From IMG/VR virus record IMGVR_UViG_641736227_000002: DNA of 64,000 nucleotides; one strand, 5' to 3'. Both the position numbers and the translations under genes were made by a program. This DNA is from a virus. Lineage: Duplodnaviria > Caudoviricetes. The stretch's first letter is position 1. Every line of letters begins with the position of its first letter. Shown piece by piece: positions 6,292 through 15,430 of this stretch. Below the pieces are notes generated by a model. The model searched no databases, was not told where the DNA came from, and saw only the letters and a program-made list of their open reading frames with translations.

Positions 6292-8040
6292 TCACCCTGT
6301 CCTTTTCCACATATAGACAGTTATATATGGTTGTAAGTTTCCTGCATTACCACCGCCTGCGGAAGTTGTATTCCCGCTGTTTCCGCCTGTGTTTCCACTA
6401 TTTCCTCCCGTGGTACATGTCCCGGAAGAGTTCATTGTATGTGCGTGATTGCCTGTTGTGTTTGACTTATATGATGTACTGCCGCTTTCAAAATTGTTCG
6501 GCTTATTGTAAGACGTTCCTTTTTGTACAGCATCTTTGTTAATTCCGAGATAATGATAATGATTTCCAGCCCCCTGCATCGTATGAACATGATTCGGAAC
6601 AGTATGTGTATGGTTATTTAGGCTATGCACATGATTATTCATCCCATGTGCATGGCTTTGCAATTCCTTATGCCCACCTGATTTCTCCACGGCATTAAAC
6701 TCTCCTTGCCCGGTATCTACTCCCACGATTGTTTTTCCAGTAGCGAATTGTACCCAGCTGCCGCCGAAAAACGACGCTGGATTCGCATTGTTTACGGAAA
6801 TGTAGATACTGCCAACAGGCCACAACTTGTTTGTTACTGCATCCATCTCTACCCGGATCTGTTCCACAGTGTTTGCGGCGTTGTTTGCTGTGTTTACAGC
6901 GGTGTTCACGCTCCCGGCCATTCCCTGCACGATGTTCGTCAAATTGGAAGTTCCTGCCACCTTATCGGTCAGGCTACTGATCGTCCGCCCCAGCACAATC
7001 TTATTATTAGCCGGGTTTTCCAGATCAATTTCATACTTGCTGACCAAGTAATATGTAGAGACATCCCCCATAGTGCTCAACAATCCGTGCTGCTGTGACA
7101 CGCAGGGAACCAGATCTCCCAGCCTGATAGCATTTATATCCACGTCAATCATGTGTAAATCTACCGCTGTGAGTTCTATTGTGATTGCTAGATTCACACA
7201 GGTTTTAAGATACTCCTGCCCTTTTGCAAGCAAGTCTTTCGGATCAACGGCATCCGGAAAATCCACCTTTTCGTAGATCCATCCATAGAGATCAACCGCC
7301 TCCTGGTTATAGATATAATCTTTCCCGCCGTTTGCAGAAGCAATGTTTGTAACACCATTTCCACCAACCGGAATGATTGCAGTCTTTATGTTTTCTGCCT
7401 TAGTGTACTTTTTAAGGTCCAGCAAATTTTCTCCGAACCGGATCACCTGATTGCTCACTTTTCCATACTGCTTCACATAATCCAGATAGCGGATGCCGTT
7501 TTCATGCCGCACACGCAAATATCCAGGATATTTCCCTATAAAATTTGTATTTATAAAATCCCATGTTATTTCATAATTCGTAGATAATTTTGTAATCGGG
7601 ACACTATCAATATCTATGGTCCCAATCGTGAATTGCTTTTCTGCTCCCATCTGTGAATTATGTTCTGCAATAAGGGCTTTGAAAATATCTATATTGTTAT
7701 CTGCCTTATGCACTTCCGAAGATTCGCTTCCGTATGTGTGCGCCCGCTGTACGGAATCTAACAAAAAAGCAAGCTCCCCCTCACAGGAAACTTGCCCGGT
7801 CCTCTGAAAATCTATTTCATCCGTTAAGGATCTGCCCGAAAACAATAGTTCTGAATCCTCATAGACTTCAATTTTTGATTTCAGCTTATTGATAACATCT
7901 ACATTCGGATGCCGTGGGAGAATTGAAAAATCAAAGTTCCCGGTTTTGTTAAGCTCTAAAGCCACTTTTGGCCCCAGTAGCATATAGTCTTCGTCCCGCA
8001 CATCGTGCAGCACCTTTCCATCACATAGAACTCTATACAT
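6292..8040 (-). CDS. Tal / tail-spike protein with C-terminal HxH-repeat tip domain
   Basis: Follows Dit. PVGSIYISV..NP..FGG.W, repeated HxH, and NLQPYITVYMWKR. Confidence 0.85.
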   Translation of the reverse strand: MYRVLCDGKVLHDVRDEDYMLLGPKVALELNKTGNFDFSILPRHPNVDVINKLKSKIEVYEDSELLFSGRSLTDEIDFQRTGQVSCEGELAFLLDSVQRAHTYGSESSEVHKADNNIDIFKALIAEHNSQMGAEKQFTIGTIDIDSVPITKLSTNYEITWDFINTNFIGKYPGYLRVRHENGIRYLDYVKQYGKVSNQVIRFGENLLDLKKYTKAENIKTAIIPVGGNGVTNIASANGGKDYIYNQEAVDLYGWIYEKVDFPDAVDPKDLLAKGQEYLKTCVNLAITIELTAVDLHMIDVDINAIRLGDLVPCVSQQHGLLSTMGDVSTYYLVSKYEIDLENPANNKIVLGRTISSLTDKVAGTSNLTNIVQGMAGSVNTAVNTANNAANTVEQIRVEMDAVTNKLWPVGSIYISVNNANPASFFGGSWVQFATGKTIVGVDTGQGEFNAVEKSGGHKELQSHAHGMNNHVHSLNNHTHTVPNHVHTMQGAGNHYHYLGINKDAVQKGTSYNKPNNFESGSTSYKSNTTGNHAHTMNSSGTCTTGGNSGNTGGNSGNTTSAGGGNAGNLQPYITVYMWKRTG

Positions 8041-8757
8041 TTATAAGCTCCCTCCTCTGTAATCTACACTCACTGTTCCAGTGCCTGTGAAAACAAGATA
8101 GTTATCTCCTTCACTAAGCCATATGTCAAATACCTTGCTCCTTCCCAAAGGAAGGCTATATATCTTCTCGTTGTATGTCACCTGCATAGCTGCGCTGCAC
8201 TCGATCACGGGCACGATCTTCTTTCTGCGCCCAGGAATATAGAGTTTATAGCTGCCGTTTATCTTCAAATCCTTATACTCTCTCACAATCCCTGTTTCAA
8301 AATTGAAGTCGTCCCAGGTCCAGTCTTCCAGACTGCTATATTTTTCATACTTATATGGGTCAACCTCGCCTGACAGTGTGATCTTGCTCTCTGCCTTCTC
8401 CGACTTCTCAGAATCCAGTTTGAGGCGTCCTATGTAGTAGAACGCAGGATCACTGTCCAGGAAGATTTTAAACTTCTGGCCTACCAAATAATTTGCAATC
8501 TCGGAGACTTTAGAGTTCCAATCAAAGTAATCTTTGTCCAGCTGGTCAAACTCCATGGTGAGGGATCTTTGCTTGTATTTTACATCTCCCGGAGTCATTG
8601 CCTCAGTGAGATCCAGTGAGCCATCAGCTCCTGGTATGTCCTGCTCATACGTCTTTGCCTCCGGGAATCCAAGGGTGATCGACAACCACCCCAGATTCCA
8701 ATCTCTAAGCGTATGCTTGCCACCAATTAATACGCCTAATGTTCCTCTATCTTCCAT
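8041..8757 (-). CDS. Distal tail protein (Dit)
   Basis: Directly after TMP; IPGADGSLDL and DPAFYYIGR; ends YRGGSL. Confidence 0.85.
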   Translation of the reverse strand: MEDRGTLGVLIGGKHTLRDWNLGWLSITLGFPEAKTYEQDIPGADGSLDLTEAMTPGDVKYKQRSLTMEFDQLDKDYFDWNSKVSEIANYLVGQKFKIFLDSDPAFYYIGRLKLDSEKSEKAESKITLSGEVDPYKYEKYSSLEDWTWDDFNFETGIVREYKDLKINGSYKLYIPGRRKKIVPVIECSAAMQVTYNEKIYSLPLGRSKVFDIWLSEGDNYLVFTGTGTVSVDYRGGSL

Positions 8758-11700
8758 TACACGCCTCCTCTTGCTTTTCTATCTGCCATGCTGTTCAATC
8801 GGCTATCCATAAATGGGGCCAGCGTCCTTGCCGCCTCTCGGCCCTCTATGTTTGTTACAACTTCTATCTTTTCTGGCCCTGTGTATACCGTCTTCTCTAT
8901 TGTCGTTGTACCTCCTCCGGCATAAACAACCTGTGGCTGCACACTGGCTGTGATCTTTCCCATCTGCTTTGATACCGCTGTCTGCATCCGACTTTGCAAC
9001 TCCGGTATATTTAGCTTTGCTTTTGCAAAACGTGCCGCCATGGTATCCGCAACAGTTTCAACCTGCCGATACAGTCTCGGTGCCTCTTTCTCCTGCCCCT
9101 TTTCCGCTCCCTGGATCGTAAACTTTCCGATCTGGGCGAATACACGAGATGGGGATTTTATTTTCAGTTCTTTTTTTGCGGCTTTTACAATATCTTTGCA
9201 AAGCTTTTTCATGGCTTTGCTCAGATTCCGGGTTTCTCCGGTTATTCCAGCTGCCAAACCTTTAGCAACGTTAGCCCCGGCCTTTTTCATCTCGGCATTC
9301 AGATTATCTGTTTCTTTTTTTATTGCTGCTTGATATTCCTTATTAATCTTCTCAAAGTCGTCTTTAAAGAAGGACTCTGAAAAGCTTTCTGCCATGGATT
9401 GCTGTTTGTTCCACTTGTCCGTATAAGCTTTCTGCTCTGCCGCCGTAAGGGACTGGAACCAGGCCATATACTGTCGCCCTTCTTCCACATCCATGCCAAG
9501 GATACGCTGCATCATGGAATCAGGAATTTTGTTTTCCAAGGCTTTCAGGCGTTTCTGGTAGTCTTCTATGTCATAGAGGTTCTGGTCCAGATCATAAAGA
9601 CTGCCGTAACTCTGTTGCTTGCTTGTAAGATTGTCCCGCAGGCTCTTGATCTCGTTGTACTGTTCCTGGTACTTCTCTGAAAGCTCCTGGATCTTCTCCT
9701 CGGCAATCTTGGTCAGGCGGTCCGCTTCTTTCTCAAAGGCGGTATTATAGGCGTTTGCGGCCTTTTCTCCGGCCTCTTTTAGCTGCTTCTCCTTCTTTGC
9801 ATTCGCAGCTTTAAGATCCTTTAACTCCTGTTTAAGCTTGGCTTTCTTTTTCTTATTTTCCTTTTTGTTGCCAAGCTTATCTATTCTTTTCTGCAGCTTT
9901 GCTTCGGCCTTTTCGCTTGCCTTTACCTGCTTGTTGTATGCCTGGTCAATGATCTGCTGCACTGTCTCGCTTGACCGCTGTTTTGCGATGCTTAGGGAGT
10001 CGCTCAGACCACTCAAGAGATTACTTCCGATCTCGGAGTAATTGCCTTTATATGTAGCATTCTTTGCCGCAGACAGTGCTGTAGAAATGACTCCTTGCAT
10101 TTCTGCTACAAGCTCACTCTGCCCCTCTCTGACACCCTTTGCAATGCCTTTCGGGATCGTTTCACCTTTTAGGATTTTGAACATCTTCCCTGGTGACGGG
10201 ATGCCTTTCTTCGCAGCGCCTATTGTTACATTTATCACCTTCATGGCTGCTTTTGCTGCTTTCCCGGCATTATCCGTCATTCCGGATGCTATACCAAGAG
10301 TAAGGAATTTTCCGATTGCATTTTTAAACAGAGTAGATGGAGAATGGATGCCAGCCTCTGCTTCTGCCGCTGCCTTGGCCTGCTGAATTACCTTCCGTGC
10401 CGCAGAAGAAACAACGCCGGAGTTCGCATTGATTCCGGAGGCGATTCCAGAGGAAATGTTCTTTCCGACACTATTGAATCCACCTGTGCTTACTTTCTTC
10501 GCTCCATTCACAGCACTCTGCGCCGCCGTCTTGATCTTTCCTTTGTTTGCAATCACGCCGCTGGCAGTTTTGCTTGAAAGCTCTTTTCCTTTTGCGGTAG
10601 CCTGCCCGTTCTTGGAAGAAATGCCAGAGACATATGCGCTGCTTAGCTTCGCTCCTGCCGCCTTGGCCTTAGAGGCACCGCCAGAAAATCCGCTTGCTGC
10701 AGAACTACTCACTTTTGCAGTTGCCGCCTTGGCCTTCCCTGCGCCCTTTGAAAGTTCATTCGTAAAAGAACTCTCTGTTTTTTTTCCCGCGCCTGAGTTA
10801 TTCGTCGCTGGAATTTTTGAATTTTTCTTGATTGAATCGGTATTTTTCTTTGTTTCTCCGACTGCCTTAGCCGATTCTGTTTTAAAAGGTTTAAAAGAAG
10901 ATGAAGCCGCACCACTGTTGTCTACAGGCTTCACCTTCATATTTGTTTCTATTTTCTTTGCAGAGTCTCCTGTGCTTTTTGCTACGCCGTCAATAACGTT
11001 CTTTACACCAAAGGTGTCTGTTGATAATCCCTGACCGCTCATCATTTGAGTGACTGCATTGTCTACGCTGGTCTTTCCTTGCGCTACCTTTGTAGCCAAC
11101 TCTGTAGGGATCTGTGCCCCTTGTAGTCCTGCCTTATCAACCGCTGCCTGGAAATCCATCAGATTTGCTAATGCTTTTGCTGCTTCTGCTGGCTTCATAC
11201 TTCCAGAAGTAATTCCATTAGCCAAATATTCCGGTACCTGAATACCACCATTTTGTGCCTTTGCCTTTAAATCCTCAAAATTCACGAGATTCTTTACTGC
11301 TGATACCGAGGTCGGTACCGCATACTCACCCGACTGGATTCCCTCTGCAATACTGTTCGGAACTTGCACACCCTCAGATTTTGCCTTTTCAATCATGTCA
11401 GACCAGTTGATTCCATTTTTCAACTGTTGTGCTGCTGCCTTAAAGGAAATAGACCCGTCTGCCATACCCTGTGACAGATACTCCGGTATCTTCATTCCAG
11501 CTTCTTGCATCTTTGCAAGATCTTCGCTGTTTACCAGATCATCCAGCTTTATTAGCTGTTTTAGTTCTTTTCCGGTCGTCGGATTAGCATAGATACCATC
11601 CTGAATCCCTTTCCCAATGGATTCCGGTATTTTAGATGCTTTTATTCCTGCCTCTTTAGCAAGATTATCCAGGTTCGCCTTGAAATCATTGAAGTTTGTT

Positions 11701-14246
11701 TGCGCGGTAAATTTATCCGTCCATGTTCCCAACTCACCATATGCGGACTCCATGTTCTTTTTACTTTTATCTACAGCATCGTCTGCATCATCTAAAGCTT
11801 GATTATATCTATCCAGAGCAGCTCCTGCCTTCTGAAGTTCCAGATTCCCAGACCCAAGACCATATTTATCCTTCAGTTTGTTAAACTTCTCTTGCGCTTT
11901 ATCGCGCCTTCGCAACGCTTCTGTTTGATTATTGATTGCTTTTTCATGCTCTATTTCTGCCTCGGCAACCTTTTTCGCTGATTTTTCCATTCCAGCCTGA
12001 TAAGCCTTTGCCATTGCTTGTTCTTTCAGAGCATCAATATTATTTTTTATTGCTTCTGTGGACTTATTTAACTTATCTCTCTCTGCGTCATACTTTAGCC
12101 CAAGTTCTGGCATGAGATCGTTCAGTTCTTTTACAACACTTTTTATCCTTGCCTTTGTCCCTGCGCTCTTATTTTCTACCTTTATTAACCTTTGTAGCTG
12201 GTTAAACAGGTTATCCGCTTCTACTCCCTGTGCTCTGGTAGATTCCACAGTTTTTTCATTCTCTTTGTGAAGTGACTTTATGGATGCTCCCATATCATCC
12301 TGTGCTTTCTTCACTCTTTCACAAGTCTTTCCAAACTTATCGGCTTCTGTCTCTGCCCGTGGAACAGTCAAGGCATATGCTGCAATCCCTGCTGTCAAGG
12401 CCCCTGCTGCCAGTACGACCATGCCGATGGGTCCACCAAGGGCAGTACATGCAGCATTAAAGGCTCCCGTTGCCGCTGTAGCAAGTGTAATCTTCCCCGT
12501 AAAAATTCCAACCACAGTCTGTAATGCTGTAAGTCCTCCCTGCTGTGCCACAAGAGTGATTGCGTTCGCTTTTTCCAGAGCATTGAGTGCTTTTAATGCT
12601 GTCCCCAGTGCGCTTACACTTCCAGAAACGGCCTGTGCAGCTTTGTAGCCTTTAAGCACAACCAAAAGACTTGTTGCTAACGGAAGTGCCGTCTGCATGT
12701 TCTCTCCTAGGAACTTCGCCGCAGATCCCAATACTTTCAGACCGCCACCTGCGACTGTCTTTGCCGCAGAGCCAAGATTTTTGACCGTGGTAATCGTCTC
12801 TTTCGGAATGATGGATTTAAGCCCGTGCGCTTCTATCTGGTCCGCCAGTCCTCCGATCGCATCCGATGCCGCTGCCACTCCATCCGCAAGCGGTCCTTTG
12901 AGTTCATCTCCCACTGCAATTCCGAGCGCAGTAAACTTATTTCCAAGTATTTTGATCCGACTTTCTAGCGTCTTGTACCGCTGCCCAGCTTCGTTCGTAA
13001 GGGCCTTATTTTCGTTCCACGCATTATTGCCGATCTTTAAGGCTTCTGTAAATGTCCCAGATGCTCCCGCTGCTCTTAACAGTGCATCCCTCATACGGAT
13101 ATCGGAAAGCCCCATATCGTCCAGGACTTTTATTGCACTGCCGCCACTCTTATTTACCTTATCCAAGCCTTGGATGAAGGAAATAATAGCTCCTGCTGCA
13201 TCTTCTTTAAATGCCTTTTTGAACTGATCCGCCGTCATGCCAGACACTTTCGCAAAGTCGTTTAATTCGTCACCGCCCTTGGTAGTTGCAAGATTCATTT
13301 TCGACATTAGGGTAGAAAATGCCGTTCCACCAGCTTCTGCCTCGATCCCTACAGAAGATAACGCCCCAGCAAAGGAAAGTATATCTGCTTCTGACATTCC
13401 AACCTGATGTCCAGCTCCTGCAAGTCTAAGAGCCATATCCGTAATCTCTTGCTCTGTTGTGGCCAGATTATTTCCTAAATCTACAATTACAGATCCCAGC
13501 CGTCCAAACTGCGTCTGTGGCATCCGTGTGATGTTTGCCAGCCTTGCCAGAGAGGTTGCCGCCGTATCTGCGGACATGTTCGTAGAATCTCCAAGCATAA
13601 CCATGGTTTTAGAGAATCCTGCGATATTCTTCGTCTTAATGCCAAGCTGTCCGGCTGCCTCTGCTACCCCTGCGATCTCATTTGCAGAGGTTGGCATCTC
13701 TTTCGACATATTTAAAATGTCTTTTCGCATGATATTCAGTTCTTTATCCGTGGCATTTACTGTCTTTTTTACACCAGCAAAAGCACTTTCAAACGAAATA
13801 CTTGCTTTCAAAGATGCCGCACCGCCCGCAATAACTGCGGCTCCGGTTGCTTTCATTCCGGTAGATACCGCAGGTTTTATCTTGCTGGCAGCACCAGACC
13901 AATATTTCTCTGCATTTTCCGCACTTTTCTTCGCTTGTGCCTCCGTTTGCTTATAAGACCGCTTCTGTTCCTCTCCGGCCTTTTTCGTGCTCTGCGAGGC
14001 TTTCTCTCCGGCTTGCTTTGCGGCTGTTTCCGCTGTCTTCCCGGCTTTTTTTGCCGCCTGTTCTGTTGTTTTGCTTGCTTGTTTTACAGAGGTTTCTGCG
14101 GACTTTGCCGCCTGCTTGGTCGCAGTTTCTGCGGATTTCGCCGCTTTTTTCGTCTCTGTGTCCAGTGTTCTCGATAGTTGTTTGAGTTCTTTTTCGGCTT
14201 TTTCCGAATTTAACTCAACTTCGATTTCAATACTTCCGTCAGGCAT
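8757..14246 (-). CDS. Tape measure protein (TP901 family), 1829 aa
   Basis: FESAFAGVKKT, AEAGGTAFS, IHSPS and IKSPSRVF motifs; Ala/Lys-rich helical repeats. Confidence 0.95.
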   Translation of the reverse strand: MPDGSIEIEVELNSEKAEKELKQLSRTLDTETKKAAKSAETATKQAAKSAETSVKQASKTTEQAAKKAGKTAETAAKQAGEKASQSTKKAGEEQKRSYKQTEAQAKKSAENAEKYWSGAASKIKPAVSTGMKATGAAVIAGGAASLKASISFESAFAGVKKTVNATDKELNIMRKDILNMSKEMPTSANEIAGVAEAAGQLGIKTKNIAGFSKTMVMLGDSTNMSADTAATSLARLANITRMPQTQFGRLGSVIVDLGNNLATTEQEITDMALRLAGAGHQVGMSEADILSFAGALSSVGIEAEAGGTAFSTLMSKMNLATTKGGDELNDFAKVSGMTADQFKKAFKEDAAGAIISFIQGLDKVNKSGGSAIKVLDDMGLSDIRMRDALLRAAGASGTFTEALKIGNNAWNENKALTNEAGQRYKTLESRIKILGNKFTALGIAVGDELKGPLADGVAAASDAIGGLADQIEAHGLKSIIPKETITTVKNLGSAAKTVAGGGLKVLGSAAKFLGENMQTALPLATSLLVVLKGYKAAQAVSGSVSALGTALKALNALEKANAITLVAQQGGLTALQTVVGIFTGKITLATAATGAFNAACTALGGPIGMVVLAAGALTAGIAAYALTVPRAETEADKFGKTCERVKKAQDDMGASIKSLHKENEKTVESTRAQGVEADNLFNQLQRLIKVENKSAGTKARIKSVVKELNDLMPELGLKYDAERDKLNKSTEAIKNNIDALKEQAMAKAYQAGMEKSAKKVAEAEIEHEKAINNQTEALRRRDKAQEKFNKLKDKYGLGSGNLELQKAGAALDRYNQALDDADDAVDKSKKNMESAYGELGTWTDKFTAQTNFNDFKANLDNLAKEAGIKASKIPESIGKGIQDGIYANPTTGKELKQLIKLDDLVNSEDLAKMQEAGMKIPEYLSQGMADGSISFKAAAQQLKNGINWSDMIEKAKSEGVQVPNSIAEGIQSGEYAVPTSVSAVKNLVNFEDLKAKAQNGGIQVPEYLANGITSGSMKPAEAAKALANLMDFQAAVDKAGLQGAQIPTELATKVAQGKTSVDNAVTQMMSGQGLSTDTFGVKNVIDGVAKSTGDSAKKIETNMKVKPVDNSGAASSSFKPFKTESAKAVGETKKNTDSIKKNSKIPATNNSGAGKKTESSFTNELSKGAGKAKAATAKVSSSAASGFSGGASKAKAAGAKLSSAYVSGISSKNGQATAKGKELSSKTASGVIANKGKIKTAAQSAVNGAKKVSTGGFNSVGKNISSGIASGINANSGVVSSAARKVIQQAKAAAEAEAGIHSPSTLFKNAIGKFLTLGIASGMTDNAGKAAKAAMKVINVTIGAAKKGIPSPGKMFKILKGETIPKGIAKGVREGQSELVAEMQGVISTALSAAKNATYKGNYSEIGSNLLSGLSDSLSIAKQRSSETVQQIIDQAYNKQVKASEKAEAKLQKRIDKLGNKKENKKKKAKLKQELKDLKAANAKKEKQLKEAGEKAANAYNTAFEKEADRLTKIAEEKIQELSEKYQEQYNEIKSLRDNLTSKQQSYGSLYDLDQNLYDIEDYQKRLKALENKIPDSMMQRILGMDVEEGRQYMAWFQSLTAAEQKAYTDKWNKQQSMAESFSESFFKDDFEKINKEYQAAIKKETDNLNAEMKKAGANVAKGLAAGITGETRNLSKAMKKLCKDIVKAAKKELKIKSPSRVFAQIGKFTIQGAEKGQEKEAPRLYRQVETVADTMAARFAKAKLNIPELQSRMQTAVSKQMGKITASVQPQVVYAGGGTTTIEKTVYTGPEKIEVVTNIEGREAARTLAPFMDSRLNSMADRKARGGV

Positions 14247-14353
14247 ATATTCTCCTTTCTTTTTTGCCTGCGTCTGTCTTCTATGTTCACGTCTCTATCT
14301 TCCTGGGCGTAGAGTTCCGCTCCCCTGCAACCTCTGTGTTACAGTGTTTTTAT

Positions 14354-15019
14354 TTATAAAATATTGCTTAGGTCCCCACCGCTCAAAAGGGCCTGCGTAA
14401 CCTCTTCTTCCAACATCCTGTCTTCTTCGGACACATTCTCCGGTAGCTTATATATTTCTTTCATCTTCTTATAGAACTTTTTCTGTTCCTTATCCATACC
14501 TGCGGTATCTGCTGCCCGGTATCCCATCACTTTCGATATTAAGCAGTCTTCTTTTAATCCGGCGAACATGGCCGAGAACTTCCACCAGTGCAATTCGACA
14601 GCGTTCAGATCTATGCCGTACTGTTCCATAAATGCAGCATAGATATAATCCGCATCATGAGTAAAGCTATAAATCTGATCCTGTTTCTTTCCTTTTCCGG
14701 ACTGCTTCTGTTCTTCTGTTTTCCCGCACTGATAAAACCACAACATTTGTGAAATGGCTCCGTCAAGGTCCTCCGGTATCTCTGGATAATACAAAACCAG
14801 GCCGCTATTGTATTTCGCAAGCAGCCTGGCTTTTTTCTCGTCTCCATCAAACTCCGGGATATTCAGAATATCTTCCACAAAAAACCGCTGTTCTTCCGTG
14901 ATGTTTTTATCCTGTATCATCTCCTCAAAACGGATCGACACTCGGAAGTCTGTATTGATCTTATGTTCCTGACCAGCCACCAGAACGGTTTCCGGCAGCT
15001 GATCCGTCAGAATATTCAT
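14354..15019 (-). CDS. Gp15-family (A118-like) tail assembly protein
   Basis: INTDFR, YSFTHDADYIYAAFMEQYGIDL, LHWWKFSAMF. Confidence 0.88.
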   Translation of the reverse strand: MNILTDQLPETVLVAGQEHKINTDFRVSIRFEEMIQDKNITEEQRFFVEDILNIPEFDGDEKKARLLAKYNSGLVLYYPEIPEDLDGAISQMLWFYQCGKTEEQKQSGKGKKQDQIYSFTHDADYIYAAFMEQYGIDLNAVELHWWKFSAMFAGLKEDCLISKVMGYRAADTAGMDKEQKKFYKKMKEIYKLPENVSEEDRMLEEEVTQALLSGGDLSNIL

Positions 15020-15081
15020 TAGTCACCTGCCATGGACTGGACAAGTTTATTATAAGATTCCACCTGTGCCTCTCGCAGGTT
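15019..15081 (-). pseudogene. 3' remnant of the tail-chaperone gene upstream of gp15
   Basis: NLREAQVESYNKLVQSMAGD*, with its stop overlapping the gp15 ATG (TAATG). The frame is closed by TAG at 15082-15084 and the sequence character changes there. Confidence 0.6.
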
Positions 15082-15124
15082 CTATTGCCCTTACAAAATT
15101 GATACAATCGAACCATTGCACCAA

Positions 15125-15193
15125 TGAACGGTATGCATAGGGTGCATTTGAAACCCCTTGAACGATTTGCACAGGGTGCATTATTGAACGATT
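15125..15193. repeat. Imperfect 24-bp direct repeats at the element end
   Basis: TGAACGGTATGCATAGGGTGCATT (15125) and TGAACGATTTGCACAGGGTGCATT (15159), plus a partial TTGAACGATT at 15184. Confidence 0.8.
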
Positions 15194-15232
15194 AACTTGT
15201 GCGACCATACAAGAGGCCTCCTTTTCCAAAAA

Positions 15233-15430
15233 TTATTTTTTAATAATTTTCAAAGCTGCTTTGGCCATTTTAGGACCAAACTTTTTGATGGCAAATCCTA
15301 AACCAGCTAGCCCAACTGCAGCAGCTCCCGTATTTGCAGCTTTTTGGTGCTTAGGGCACAAACCAGTTACGTTATTTTTATCAGTGATTGTTCTACCACA
15401 TACTTTACATTTTTTTAGATTCTCACTCAT
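15233..15430 (-). CDS. Small CxxC..CxxH protein with C-terminal hydrophobic helix
   Basis: CKVC...GLCPKH then AAAVGLAGLGFAI; GGAGG RBS. Confidence 0.8.
   Translation of the reverse strand: MSENLKKCKVCGRTITDKNNVTGLCPKHQKAANTGAAAVGLAGLGFAIKKFGPKMAKAALKIIKK

Larger units (their letters stand above)
1..15081 (-). mobile_element. Prophage A (siphovirus), tail/lysis/accessory end; interrupted at ~15082
   Basis: Contiguous minus-strand gp15-TMP-Dit-Tal-RBP-holin-amidase-Rha genes. The upstream chaperone gene is cut at ~15082. Confidence 0.9.

Noticed and set aside
5386-8040. Diversity-generating retroelement acting on tail tips
   Set aside because: No reverse transcriptase in the window, and I saw no template/variable repeat pair differing only at adenines. 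The similar tip at ~24600-25060 is a diverged coding paralogue.
14247-14353. Possible structured RNA between gp15 and TMP
   Set aside because: Only short, weak stems; no promoter or terminator support.
8950-14400. Many long plus-strand ORFs opposite the tape measure gene (also 31257-33821)
   Set aside because: Expected antisense open frames of Ala/Lys/Thr-rich repetitive genes; no RBS or motifs.
15110-15195. Mini CRISPR array
   Set aside because: Repeats are 24 bp with only a 10-bp gap, too short for a spacer. Better explained as element-end binding sites.
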